Of a DNA stretch of 64,000 nucleotides, positions 39,558-49,251 are shown in pieces; the first letter of the stretch is position 1; each line of letters begins with the position of its first letter. The position numbers were made by a program, and so were the translations under genes. Source of the stretch: Burkholderiales bacterium (GTDB lineage Bacteria > Pseudomonadota > Gammaproteobacteria > Burkholderiales > SG8-41); the NCBI GenBank assembly GCA_038316355.1, contig JBBQAO010000011.1:858-64857 (forward strand). Direction: 5' to 3'. The notes beneath the pieces were generated by a model. That model saw nothing but the letters and a program-made list of their open reading frames with translations. It searched no databases and was not told the DNA's origin.

Positions 39558-41057
39558 TTGGAAGAAATCAACGCCCTATTTCACGGGTTCTCCGTTGCGC
39601 TGACGCCGTTCAACCTGATGTTGATGGTGATCGGGGTCGTATTGGGCGTGCTGATTGGCGTGCTGCCCGGCCTTGGCGGCGCCAACGGCATCGCGATCCT
39701 GCTGCCGCTGACGTTCACGATGCCGCCGACCTCTGCGGTGATCATGCTGTCATGCATTTACTGGGGCGCGCTGTTCGGTGGCGCGATCACCTCCATCCTG
39801 TTCAACATTCCGGGCGAGCCATGGTCGGTGGCGACCACCTTCGACGGTTACCCGATGGCGCAGCAGGGCAAGGCGGGCGAGGCGTTGACCACGGCGTTTA
39901 CGTCTTCCTTTATCGGTGCGTTTTTTGCGGTGGTGATGATCACTTTCCTCGCGCCACTGGTGGCCAAATTTGCATTGAAATTCGGACCACCGGAGTTCTT
40001 TTCGGTGTTTTTCCTGACCTTCTGCAGTTTCATCGGCATGGGCAAGGAACCGCCGTTCAAGATTGTCGCGGCAATGATGCTTGGCTTCGCGCTGGCCGCG
40101 GTGGGCATCGACACAGTGACTGGGCAACTGCGGCTGATCTTCGGCTGGCATGAGCTGATGCGCGGCTTTGACTTCCTGATCGCGGTGATTGGTCTTTTCG
40201 GCATCGGCGAGATCCTGCTGTCGATGGAGGAAGGCCTGTCGTTCCAGGGGCGCACTGCGAAAATCAACATGCGCATCGTCATCGAAACCTGGAAAAAGCT
40301 GCCGAAGTACTGGCTGACCTCGCTGCGCAGCTGCATCATCGGCTGCTGGATGGGCATCACGCCGGGCGGCGCCACGCCGGCCTCGTTCATGAGTTACGGT
40401 GTCGCCAAACGCATGTCTCCTGATGGTGCCAAATTCGGCACCGGCATGCCGGAAGGCATTGTCGCCCCTGAAACTGCGGCGCATGCGGCCGGCACGGCGG
40501 CATTGCTGCCGATGCTGTCGCTGGGCATCCCGGGTTCGCCCACTGCCGCGGTGCTGCTGGGCGGCCTGCTGATCTGGGGCCTGCAGCCGGGGCCGCTGCT
40601 GTTTGTCGAGCAGAAGGATTTTGTCTGGGGCCTGATTGCCAGCATGTACCTGGGCAACATCGTTGGCCTGATCATCGTGCTGACTTGTGTGCCGCTGTTC
40701 GCTGCAATCCTGCGTATCCCGTTCTCGATCGTGGCGCCGGTGATCATCGTGATCTGCGCCATCGGCGCTTTCACGGTGAACAACGCGATGCTGGACATCT
40801 GGTTCATGCTGCTGTTCGGTGTCATGGGTTACGCTTTCAAGAAACTGTCCTACCCGCTGGCACCGCTGGTGCTGGCCCTGGTGCTGGGCGACCAGGCCGA
40901 GGATGCTTTCCGTCAGTCGATGCTGATTTCGCAGGGTGACGTGCGGGTGTTTTTCTCCAACGGGCTGGTTGGCAGCATCATGGGTCTGGGACTGCTGATG
41001 CTGGTGTGGCCGCTGATCGGCAAGCTGAAGGCTGCATTGCGCAACAGCGCAGCCTGA
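39558..41057 (+). CDS. tctA: TTT large permease subunit
   Basis: 499-aa protein. GVLPGLGGANGIAILLPLTF and GCWMGITPGGATPASFMSY are typical of TctA. TTG start after GAGGAG. Confidence 0.9.
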   Translation: MEEINALFHGFSVALTPFNLMLMVIGVVLGVLIGVLPGLGGANGIAILLPLTFTMPPTSAVIMLSCIYWGALFGGAITSILFNIPGEPWSVATTFDGYPMAQQGKAGEALTTAFTSSFIGAFFAVVMITFLAPLVAKFALKFGPPEFFSVFFLTFCSFIGMGKEPPFKIVAAMMLGFALAAVGIDTVTGQLRLIFGWHELMRGFDFLIAVIGLFGIGEILLSMEEGLSFQGRTAKINMRIVIETWKKLPKYWLTSLRSCIIGCWMGITPGGATPASFMSYGVAKRMSPDGAKFGTGMPEGIVAPETAAHAAGTAALLPMLSLGIPGSPTAAVLLGGLLIWGLQPGPLLFVEQKDFVWGLIASMYLGNIVGLIIVLTCVPLFAAILRIPFSIVAPVIIVICAIGAFTVNNAMLDIWFMLLFGVMGYAFKKLSYPLAPLVLALVLGDQAEDAFRQSMLISQGDVRVFFSNGLVGSIMGLGLLMLVWPLIGKLKAALRNSAA

Positions 41058-41107
41058 TCACCGCAGGATCGGGTGCCGGATTCAAACCGGGGTTGTCGGA
41101 CTTGCGC

Positions 41108-41150
41108 AAAAAACCCGGCTCAGGCGAATATCGCCTGAGCCGGGTTTTTT
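41108..41150. terminator. Bidirectional intrinsic terminator between tctA and oxc
   Basis: AAAAAA-CCCGGCTCAGGCG-aata-CGCCTGAGCCGGG-TTTTTT. Confidence 0.85.
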
Positions 41151-41187
41151 GTCGCCTTGCCCTGTAACTGCTGCCCGGCAGTCCAGC

Positions 41188-42924
41188 TTATTTCTTTTTT
41201 GCCGCCGTCGGATTCAGACTGGTGATGCGGCCGCTTTCAGTGCCGGCGGTTTCATCGATGACGGCATTGATCAGCGTCGGTTTGCGCGAACGCACGGCTT
41301 CTTCCACCGCGCGGCGCAATTCCGCCGGGGTCGTGGCATGCACGCCGACGCCGCCAAAGGCTTCCATCAGCTTGTCGTAGCGCGCGCCCTTGACGAACAC
41401 GGTGGGCGCCACATCGGGGCCGCCGGTCGGATTGACGTCAGTGCCCTTGTAAACGCCGTTGTTGTTCATGACCACCACGCACACCGGCAGGTTGTAGCGG
41501 CAGATGGTTTCGACTTCCATGCCGGAGAAACCGAAGGCGCTGTCGCCTTCCACCGCGATTACCGGCTGGCCGCTGACCACGGCTGCGGCGACGGCGAAGC
41601 CCATGCCGATGCCCATCACGCCCCAGGTGCCAACGTCAAGGCGTTTGCGCGGCTTGTACATGTCGACGATGCTGCGCGTGAAGTCCAGTGCGTTGGCGCC
41701 TTCGTTGACCAGCATCGCATCCGGGTTGGCCTTGATGATGTCGCGCATCACGTTCAGTGCGCTGTGGAAATTCATCGGCGAGGGATCCTTGGCCAGGGTC
41801 TCGGCCATTTTTGCGATGTTCCTGGTTTTGCGTTCGTCGATCGCACCCAGCCAATCCGCGGACGGTGCGGGCCAGCCACCCCCCGCAGCACTGATGCCGC
41901 CGAGCATGGCCGACACGCAGGAGCCGATGTCACCGACCACCGGCGCATCGATGCGCACATTGCTGTCCGCTTCCTGTGGCGAGATGTCGATCTGGATGAA
42001 CCTCTGTCCGCCCCAGTCCTTGTGCGACTTGCCGCCCCAGGTCTTGCCCTTGCCGTGCGACAGCAGCCAGTTCAGCCGCGCGCCGATCAGCAGCACCACG
42101 TCGGCTTCCGGCAGCACATAGGAGCGGGCGGCGGCCGCGGACTGTTTGTGGTCGTCCGGCAGCAGTCCCTTGGCCATCGACATCGGCAGATAGGGGATGC
42201 CGGTTTTTTCGATCAGAGTGCGGATGTCGGCGTCGGCCTGGGCATAAGCTGCGCCCTTGCCGAGCACGATCAACGGGCGTTTGGCGGTTTTCAGCAGCGT
42301 CAGCGCGCGTTGCACGGCGTCCGGGGCCGGGATCTGGCGCGGCGCCGGATCGACCACCTTGATCAGCGAGGCCTTGCCGGCCGCGGCGTCCATGCTTTGC
42401 GCGAACAGCTTTGCCGGCAAGTCAAGATAGACGCCGCCGGGGCGGCCGGAGACGGCGGCGCGAATGGCGCGCGCAATGCCGATACCGATGTCTTCGGCAT
42501 TGAGCACGCGGAAGGCGGCCTTGCACAGCGGTTTGGCGATGGCCAACTGGTCCATCTCCTCGTAGTCACCCTGTTGCAGATCGACGATCTCGCGCTCGCT
42601 GGAGCCGCTGATCAGGATCATCGGGAAGCAGTTGGTGGTGGCATTGGTCAGTGCATTCAGGCCGTTGAGGAAGCCGGGAGCGGACACGGTCAGGCAGATG
42701 CCGGGCTTTTGCGTCAGGAAGCCGGCGATGGCGGCGGCGTTGCCGGCGTTCTGTTCATGACGGAACGAAATCATGCGCATGCCCGCAGCCTGTATCTTGC
42801 GCGTGAGATCGGTGATCGGGATGCCGGGCAGACCGAAGATGGTGTCAATGCCGTTGAGTTTGAGGGCATCGATGACCAGATTGAAGCCGTCGGTCTGTTC
42901 TGGTGATTGTGTTTCAGTTGTCAT
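41188..42924 (-). CDS. oxc: Oxalyl-CoA decarboxylase (ThDP-dependent)
   Basis: 578 aa. [29 protein letters not shown], the ThDP motif [31 protein letters not shown], and pairing with frc. Confidence 0.95.
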   Translation of the reverse strand: MTTETQSPEQTDGFNLVIDALKLNGIDTIFGLPGIPITDLTRKIQAAGMRMISFRHEQNAGNAAAIAGFLTQKPGICLTVSAPGFLNGLNALTNATTNCFPMILISGSSEREIVDLQQGDYEEMDQLAIAKPLCKAAFRVLNAEDIGIGIARAIRAAVSGRPGGVYLDLPAKLFAQSMDAAAGKASLIKVVDPAPRQIPAPDAVQRALTLLKTAKRPLIVLGKGAAYAQADADIRTLIEKTGIPYLPMSMAKGLLPDDHKQSAAAARSYVLPEADVVLLIGARLNWLLSHGKGKTWGGKSHKDWGGQRFIQIDISPQEADSNVRIDAPVVGDIGSCVSAMLGGISAAGGGWPAPSADWLGAIDERKTRNIAKMAETLAKDPSPMNFHSALNVMRDIIKANPDAMLVNEGANALDFTRSIVDMYKPRKRLDVGTWGVMGIGMGFAVAAAVVSGQPVIAVEGDSAFGFSGMEVETICRYNLPVCVVVMNNNGVYKGTDVNPTGGPDVAPTVFVKGARYDKLMEAFGGVGVHATTPAELRRAVEEAVRSRKPTLINAVIDETAGTESGRITSLNPTAAKKK

Positions 42925-43103
42925 GTTGAGAAGTCTCGTCTTCTTGCCGTCAGTTAAACAAGCGTTTTTCCGGGATATATCTGCCGCAGAATGTGGGCAA
43001 GGCCGGATCCAGGGTATCTCCTCGCTTCACGGCTGATCCAGGCCATCTAAATGTGGCCGTGATTTAACCGGTGGATCATAGGGGGAGGGGTATAAATGTA
43101 CTC

Positions 43104-43117
43104 TTGACCCCGGTCAA
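43104..43117. promoter_or_regulatory. FixK/Fnr-type palindrome TTGACCCCGGTCAA upstream of oxc
   Basis: Perfect half-sites. On the minus strand it lies 23 bp upstream of TATGAT (43080-43075). Confidence 0.5.
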
Positions 43118-43240
43118 TTTTCGCAACAGGACGGCCCAACCTACCTTTCCGCTTATGGGTAGCCGGATGCGGGGAATGGGTTGGATAATGGCGAGTATTG
43201 CGATGCATCAAATGCCCCGTGTTTTATACGGCCGGGCGCG

Positions 43241-43849
43241 CTAGATTTTGCCGCGCCGCTTCAAGCGGCTCAGCGTCTCCGGCGACAGGTTCAGGTACGA
43301 GGCCAGTTCTTTTTTCGGCAGGCGCTCGGCGAGCTCGATGTGTTTGCGCATGAAGCGCTGCACCCGTCCCGGCGCATTGAGCAGATGCAGGGTGATGGTG
43401 TGCGCCATGACTTCGCTCATCAGCTTCATCACTTCAAGTTCAAACTCGCTCTTGATTTTCGCGTGCCGTTCAAGGAACGCGGCCCACTGCAGCATCGACA
43501 GCTTGGCGGCGCGGACACGGGTGACCGCACGTATCGAATACGGCATGGGGGTCTTCAGGCGCCATGCCGCATAACTGGTGTCGATGTCGCTTTCGGCGGC
43601 AAAACGCAGAATCATTTCCTTGCCATGGGCATTGGACACGGTGCGTTTCAGAATGCCGTCGATGATGAAATACTGTTCCATGGCATGCGTGCCCTGGAGC
43701 TCCAGGGTTTCGCCCTTGGCATAGTCAGTAATCTCCAGCAGGGGCTCGAATTCGTTCCACTGCGCCACGCCGAGGTTTTGCAAAACCATGTTCTGGCGTA
43801 ATTGCAGGCGGATGATTTTGGACTGGGGGTGCAGCGCAAGCTGGGTCAT
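43241..43849 (-). CDS. Crp/Fnr-family transcriptional regulator (no Fe-S cysteine cluster)
   Basis: 202 aa with a cNMP-binding-like beta-roll (GETLELQGTHAMEQYFIIDGILK) and a C-terminal HTH with an E--SR recognition motif (LSPETLSRLKRRG). It lacks the N-terminal Cys cluster of FNR. Confidence 0.85.
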   Translation of the reverse strand: MTQLALHPQSKIIRLQLRQNMVLQNLGVAQWNEFEPLLEITDYAKGETLELQGTHAMEQYFIIDGILKRTVSNAHGKEMILRFAAESDIDTSYAAWRLKTPMPYSIRAVTRVRAAKLSMLQWAAFLERHAKIKSEFELEVMKLMSEVMAHTITLHLLNAPGRVQRFMRKHIELAERLPKKELASYLNLSPETLSRLKRRGKI

Positions 43850-43952
43850 GGTCGGTGAATTAAAGTGAAGATGCAGTGAGGGCGCAGCGCCGAGCAGGTG
43901 ATTGAATTTTATAACTATTTGTTTATTTTAAGTAAATGATTGAAATGGAATC

Positions 43953-43966
43953 TTGACTCCGGTCAA
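43953..43966. promoter_or_regulatory. FixK/Fnr-type palindrome TTGACTCCGGTCAA upstream of frc, in the divergent region shared with the regulator gene
   Basis: Perfect half-sites. It lies 22 bp upstream of TATAGT (43989-43994), which places the box centre near -41.5. Confidence 0.5.
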
Positions 43967-44129
43967 GGCCGGGGTGATGGCCATTATTTATAGTGGCGAC
44001 CTCTTGCTATGTACAATTATTAAAAATGTTGCGGGCGTACTCACGGTATGGTGCTGAGCGCCGGCGATCACAGCGACGCATGCAAGGGCAGCCCGCCGTT
44101 CATCCGCCGCGGAATTTTTGGAGACCAGA

Positions 44130-45398
44130 ATGGAAGCTTTGAAGGGTGTTCGGATTCTCGACATGACCCACGTGCAGGCGGGTCCGACCTGCTCACAGTT
44201 GCTGGCGTGGATGGGCGCCGACGTGATCAAGTTCGAGCCGCCGCAGGGTGACGCGACACGCGGCCAGTTGCGCGACGTGCCGAACGCGGACAGCCTGTAT
44301 TTCACCATGCTCAACTGCAACAAGCGCTCGATCACGGTCAACATGAAATCGGCCGAAGGCAAAACGGTGTTTGTCGATCTGCTGAAACAGTGCGACATCG
44401 TGATGGAAAACTTCGGCCCCGGCGTGCTCGACCGTTTTGGATTCACCTGGGAAAAAATCCGCGAAATCAATCCGAAGATCGTCATGGGCTCGATCAAGGG
44501 TTTCGGTTCCAGCGGGCCGTATGCCGAGTTCAAGGCCTACGAAAACGTGGCGCAGGCGATGGGCGGCGCGATGAGCACGACAGGTGTTCCCGACGGCCCG
44601 CCGTTTGTCACCGGCGCGCAGATTGGCGATTCCGGCACGGGGCTGCATCTGGCGATCGGTCTGCTCGCAGCGCTGCATCAGGCGAATCGTACCGGCAAGG
44701 GGCAGTATGTCGAAGTGGCGATGATGGACGGCGTGATGAACCTGTGCCGTGTCAAATGGCGCGATCACCAGCGGCTGACCCGGCAGTCACTGTCGGAGTA
44801 TTCGGTGCCCACCAGTCAGGGCATGGGCGATGTGCCGCGCGCCGGCAATGACTCCGGCGGGGGACAACTGGGCAATGCCATCCAGTGCAAACCGGGCGGC
44901 CCGAATGATTTCATTTATGTCGTGGTGCAGGAGGCGGTGTGGGATGCGCTGGCGAAATGCATCGGGCCGGGTCTCGGCCTGCCGGATCTCGCCACCGACC
45001 CGAAATTTGCGTCCATCGGCGAGCGTCGCAAGAACCAGGGCGAGATGTGGGCGCTGATTACGAAGTTCGCGTCGAACCACACCAAGCGTGAATTCATGGC
45101 CATGCTCAATCCGCTGGATGTGCCCTGCGGCCCGATCATGTCCACCGAGGATCTCGCCAATGACGAACATATCCGCGGCCGCGACATGTATGTCGAACTG
45201 GATCATCCGCAGCGCGGAAAGTGGTACAACGTCGGCATGCCGATCAAGCTCTCGGAGTCGCCCGCGGTGATCAAACGTTCGCCGTTGCTCGGCGAGCACA
45301 CCGATGAAGTGCTGAAGGACGTGCTGGGTTACGGCGACGAGCAGATCGGCAAGCTGAGGACCGCAGGCGCGTTCAGCATGCCGCCGAAGAAAAAATAA
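44130..45398 (+). CDS. frc: Formyl-CoA:oxalate CoA-transferase
   Basis: [35 protein letters not shown] (family III CoA-transferase) and [22 protein letters not shown] 6 nt before the ATG at 44130. Confidence 0.95.
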   Translation: MEALKGVRILDMTHVQAGPTCSQLLAWMGADVIKFEPPQGDATRGQLRDVPNADSLYFTMLNCNKRSITVNMKSAEGKTVFVDLLKQCDIVMENFGPGVLDRFGFTWEKIREINPKIVMGSIKGFGSSGPYAEFKAYENVAQAMGGAMSTTGVPDGPPFVTGAQIGDSGTGLHLAIGLLAALHQANRTGKGQYVEVAMMDGVMNLCRVKWRDHQRLTRQSLSEYSVPTSQGMGDVPRAGNDSGGGQLGNAIQCKPGGPNDFIYVVVQEAVWDALAKCIGPGLGLPDLATDPKFASIGERRKNQGEMWALITKFASNHTKREFMAMLNPLDVPCGPIMSTEDLANDEHIRGRDMYVELDHPQRGKWYNVGMPIKLSESPAVIKRSPLLGEHTDEVLKDVLGYGDEQIGKLRTAGAFSMPPKKK

Positions 45399-45451
45399 CT
45401 TCCCGGCAATAAGCGGCGGGTTAATTGCAGGGGATTTACAGAGGATTCAAC

Positions 45452-46384
45452 ATGAAAATGGCAATTATTGGGCAGCAGGATTTTGGCAAGGAAGTGCTCG
45501 AAGCGTTTCTCGCGCGCAAAGATGATGTTGCCGGCGTGTTCTGTGCCCCGGAGAAACCCGGCGCCAAGGCCGATCCGCTGCGTACTGCGGCCGAAGCGCA
45601 CGGACTGAAGGTGTTCCAGTTTCCGTCGCTGCGGGTGCCGGAAGCGCATGACGCACTGAAGGCACTGAATGTCGATATCGCCGTGATGGCCTATGTCCTG
45701 CAATTTGCGCCGGATACCTTTGTCCACCTGCCGCGCCTGGGAACGATCCAGTATCACCCGTCGCTGCTGCCGAAGTACCGTGGCCCGTCGTCGATCAACT
45801 GGCCGATCATCCGCGGTGACAGCAAAACCGGGCTGACCATCTTCCGCCCGAACGAGGGGCTCGACGAAGGCCCGGTGATCCTGCAGAAGACCTGCGACAT
45901 CGGGCCCGACGAAACCATCGGTGAAGTTTATTTCAACAAGCTGTCTCCGATGGGCGTGAAAGCCATGCTGGAGGCTGCCGATCTGGTGTTTGCCGGCAAA
46001 CACACGGAGACGGTGCAGGACGAGTCACAGGCCAGTTACGAAGGCTGGTGTCGTGCCGGTGAGGCCCACATCCAGTGGTCCGGCCATGTTGATTTTGTCT
46101 ACAACGTGATCCGCGGCAGCAATCCGGCGCCGGGGGCATGGACCACACTGAACGGCAAAAAAGTGCAGATTTTTGATGCCCGCAAGCACTTGTTCCGCCG
46201 CTTTGCCGATGTCACCGGCAAAATCGGCGAAGTTGCCGAAGTCACCGAGGGCAGTTTCAAGGTGACGGCGCAGGGTGGCGTGATCGAGGTACTGCGCGCA
46301 CGCGGTGAAGACGGAAAAAAACTGTCAGGCGGCGACTTTGCGCGCGCCAACGGTCTGGCAAAAGGCGCATTGCTCGGCACCTGA
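45452..46384 (+). CDS. Formyltransferase-fold protein resembling the N-terminal hydrolase domain of 10-formyl-THF dehydrogenase
   Basis: MKMAIIGQQDFGKEV, YHPSLLPKYRGPSSINWPII, GLDEGPVILQ, plus a Formyl_trans_C-like tail (NPAPGAWTTLNGKKVQIF). Confidence 0.8.
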   Translation: MKMAIIGQQDFGKEVLEAFLARKDDVAGVFCAPEKPGAKADPLRTAAEAHGLKVFQFPSLRVPEAHDALKALNVDIAVMAYVLQFAPDTFVHLPRLGTIQYHPSLLPKYRGPSSINWPIIRGDSKTGLTIFRPNEGLDEGPVILQKTCDIGPDETIGEVYFNKLSPMGVKAMLEAADLVFAGKHTETVQDESQASYEGWCRAGEAHIQWSGHVDFVYNVIRGSNPAPGAWTTLNGKKVQIFDARKHLFRRFADVTGKIGEVAEVTEGSFKVTAQGGVIEVLRARGEDGKKLSGGDFARANGLAKGALLGT

Positions 46385-46407
46385 TCGGCGCCGCCTTCAG
46401 GGCAAGG

Positions 46408-46430
46408 CCACGCTGCGGCGTGGTTTTTTT
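46408..46430 (+). terminator. Intrinsic terminator
   Basis: CCACGC-tgcg-GCGTGG followed by TTTTTTT. Confidence 0.7.
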
Positions 46431-46568
46431 GTTGTAAATTCATAACTTATTGTTTTTATTGATATTTTAATCGGCGCCCGGCATTATTCGCTGTGCTCAG
46501 GGTTTGCGCGGTGCGTTTGTCGGTGTGCGAAGACCGGCGGTCGGAAGTGTCGCCATGGGGTGTGACGT

Positions 46569-46597
46569 TTGGCACCAAGTTCTCAAAAAAACATAAT
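46569..46597 (+). promoter_or_regulatory. Candidate sigma70 promoter of the signalling cluster
   Basis: TTGGCA (46569-46574), 17-bp spacer, CATAAT (46592-46597), about 90 nt before the kinase start. Confidence 0.5.
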
Positions 46598-46687
46598 GCT
46601 TAGAGGCGGATATCGTAAAATCTCTTAAACTCCGCCGTTAAGCCATTCAGCGGAAACAAAAAAACAAGCGGAACGGGCGCAAAAGAG

Positions 46688-49251
46688 ATGAAAAAGCTGA
46701 ATTTCTGGAAGGCCGACTGGTTTGTCGGGCTCATTGTTGCCGTGATCATGCTGATTGCGGCGCGCGGCGACCTGATCCAGAGCCTGGAACGCAAGGCCTA
46801 TGACCTTGGCGTTCAGGCGGCCAGCCGTACGCCGTCCGACCGCATCGCGGTGATCGCCATCGACGATGCCAGTATCGCCAACATCGGCCGCTGGCCTTGG
46901 TCGCGTGATGTCCATGCCCGCATGATCGACCTGCTGGCGGGTGCCAAAGCCAAGGTCATTGCCAACACCACGTTTTTTTTCGAGCCGCAGCGTGATGCCG
47001 GGCTGGTCTACGTCGAAAAACTGCTGAATCTGCACAATGAGCTGACCACCGATCCGAAGGCGGCCGGCAACGAAGGACTGGCGCGGATCGGCGCGGTGCT
47101 GACCGAGGCCGAACAGGCGCTCAACACCGACCGCAAACTCGCCAGCAGCACGAAGGCGGCCGGCAATGTCGTGCTGCCGCTGGTGTTCCAGCAACTGGCC
47201 GAACCCCAGGGCAATCCGGACAAACCGCTGCCACCTTACGTGCTGGCCAGCGGCATGGCCGGCCCGCGCGGCGTGGACACGCTGCCGCCCCCGGGCGTGT
47301 TCCCGCTGTATCCGGTGGCTGAACTCGGACCGGCGGTCGCCGGCATCGGTCATCTGAATGCGGATATCGACGTCGACGGTGCGGTGCGTTCGGAACCGCT
47401 GCTGGTGCGTTATTACGATCAAGTGTTTCCGGCCTTGTCGGTGGTGGTGGCGGCGCGCAGCCTGAATCTGGGTGTTGCCGACATCAAACCGGCCTGGGGT
47501 GAAGCGCTGCAAATCGGCAAGCTGCGGGTGCGCACGGATGCCGAACTGCGCATGCACACCTTCTTTTATGCCGACCGCGACGGCCGTTCGGCGTTTCCGG
47601 TGGATTCTTTTTTTGACGTGCTGAGCGGCAAGGTGCCGGCGGCCAAATTTCAGGACAAGATTGTGCTGATCGGCGCCACGGCGGCCGGCCTCGGTTCGGC
47701 GCAGGTCACGCCGATATCGCCGGCCACAGCACCGGTACTGACTCTGGCGCACACAGTATCGAGCATCCTCGGCGAACATTTTTTTGTGACACCGTCGTGG
47801 GGTATCTGGGTGCAGATCGGCGTCTTTTTGCTGGTGGCGCTGTACCTGATTGTTGCGCTGCCACGGCTCAAGGCCGGTATCGCCGCGTTGCTCAGCCTGG
47901 CGATCGGTGTGGCGCTGCTCGGTGCGCATTTCGGCTTGATGGTGACGCAGCTGACCTGGATCCCGCTGATGGCATCGGTGGCGCTGCTGGCCGTGGGTTA
48001 CGCCGGGCTGACAACCAAACGTTTTCTGGTGACCGAGCGCGGCAAGGAAAAATCCGATGCTGATTCCGCGGAATCCAATCGCATGCTGGGCATTGCCTAC
48101 CAGGCCCAGGGACAACTGGATCTGGCCTGGGACAAGTTCCGGCAATGTCCGCTGGCGGATCCCGTAATGGAAAATCTTTATGCGCTGGCGCTGGATTTCG
48201 AACGCAAGCGGCAGTTCAACAAGGCCGAATCCGTGTTTCAGTACATGGCCGAATTTAATCCGAAATTCCGCGACCTCGAACAGCGGCTGACGCGCGCCAA
48301 AGCGCTGTCGGAAACGGTGATTCTTGGCGGCGCGCAGGGACATCCCGGCGGCACCATGATGCTGCCCGGCGGCGGCATGGAAAAGCCGATGCTCGGTCGC
48401 TACCAGATCGAGAAAGAGCTCGGCAAGGGCGCGATGGGCGTGGTTTATCTCGGCAAGGATCCCAAGATCGGCCGCGTGGTGGCGATCAAGACCATGGCCT
48501 TGTCGCAGGAATTTGAGGGCGATGAGCTGGTCGAGGTCAAAGAGCGCTTTTTCCGCGAAGCGGAAACCGCGGGTCGCCTGACGCACCCCAGCATCGTCAC
48601 CATTTACGATGCCGGCGAAGAACATGATCTGGCGTATATCGCAATGGAATTTCTCAAGGGCCGCGATCTGGCGCCGTTTACCAAACCCGATGCGCTGCTG
48701 CCGATGCTGCAGGTGCTGTCGATCGTTGCCCGCGTCGCCGAGGCGCTGGGTTATGCGCACCTGCAGAATGTCGTGCATCGCGATATCAAACCGGCGAACA
48801 TCATGTACGAGCCGGAAAGTGACATTGCGAAAGTGACCGACTTCGGTATTGCACGGGTGACCGATTCCTCCAAAACCAAGACCGGCATGGTGCTCGGCAC
48901 CCCGTCCTACATGTCGCCGGAACAACTGGCCGGGAAGAAAGTGGAGGGGCGCTCCGACTTGTTTCGCTGGGCGTCATGCTCTACCAGATGTTGAGCGGCA
49001 GTCTGCCTTTCCAGGGTGAATCAATGGCGCAGCTGATGTTCAAGATCGCCAACGAGCCCCACCTTGATATCCGCAAGGTGAAGCCGGATCTGCCTGCGTG
49101 CGTGGCGGCGATCACCAACAAGGCGCTGGCCAAGGATCCCGACCAGAGGTATCAGAACGGCGAGCAGATGGCCAAGGCCATCCGTCTTTGCCTCGGTACC
49201 CTGGTGGACAAACCCCACGCTGATACCGCTGCATCCTTAGGCCCCGAATGA
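46688..49251 (+). pseudogene. CHASE2-sensor Ser/Thr protein kinase, interrupted by a 1-nt frameshift (or a sequence error) in kinase subdomain IX
   Basis: CHASE2-like N-terminus (AVIAIDDASIANIGRWPWSRDVHA), TM segments, a TPR-like linker, and kinase motifs GKGAMGVVYLG, HRDIKPANIM, DFGIAR, GTPSYMSPEQ. ORF 46688..48994 ends RSDLFRWASCSTRC. The next frame continues SLGVMLYQMLSG..PF (ORF 48976..49251). Confidence 0.8.

Noticed and set aside
41149-42906. 585-aa ORF on the plus strand covering the whole oxc region
   Set aside because: It is antisense to an unmistakable oxalyl-CoA decarboxylase. The translation is low-complexity and Arg/Ala/Gly/His-rich with no recognisable motifs. This is the typical stop-codon-poor antisense frame of GC-rich DNA.
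46625-48925. 766-aa minus-strand ORF opposite the CHASE2 kinase (similarly 50821..53106 opposite the cyclase and 55041..56534 opposite the ATPase)
   Set aside because: It is a shadow ORF antisense to genes with clear catalytic motifs. The sequences are Arg/His/Gln-rich nonsense with no start context.
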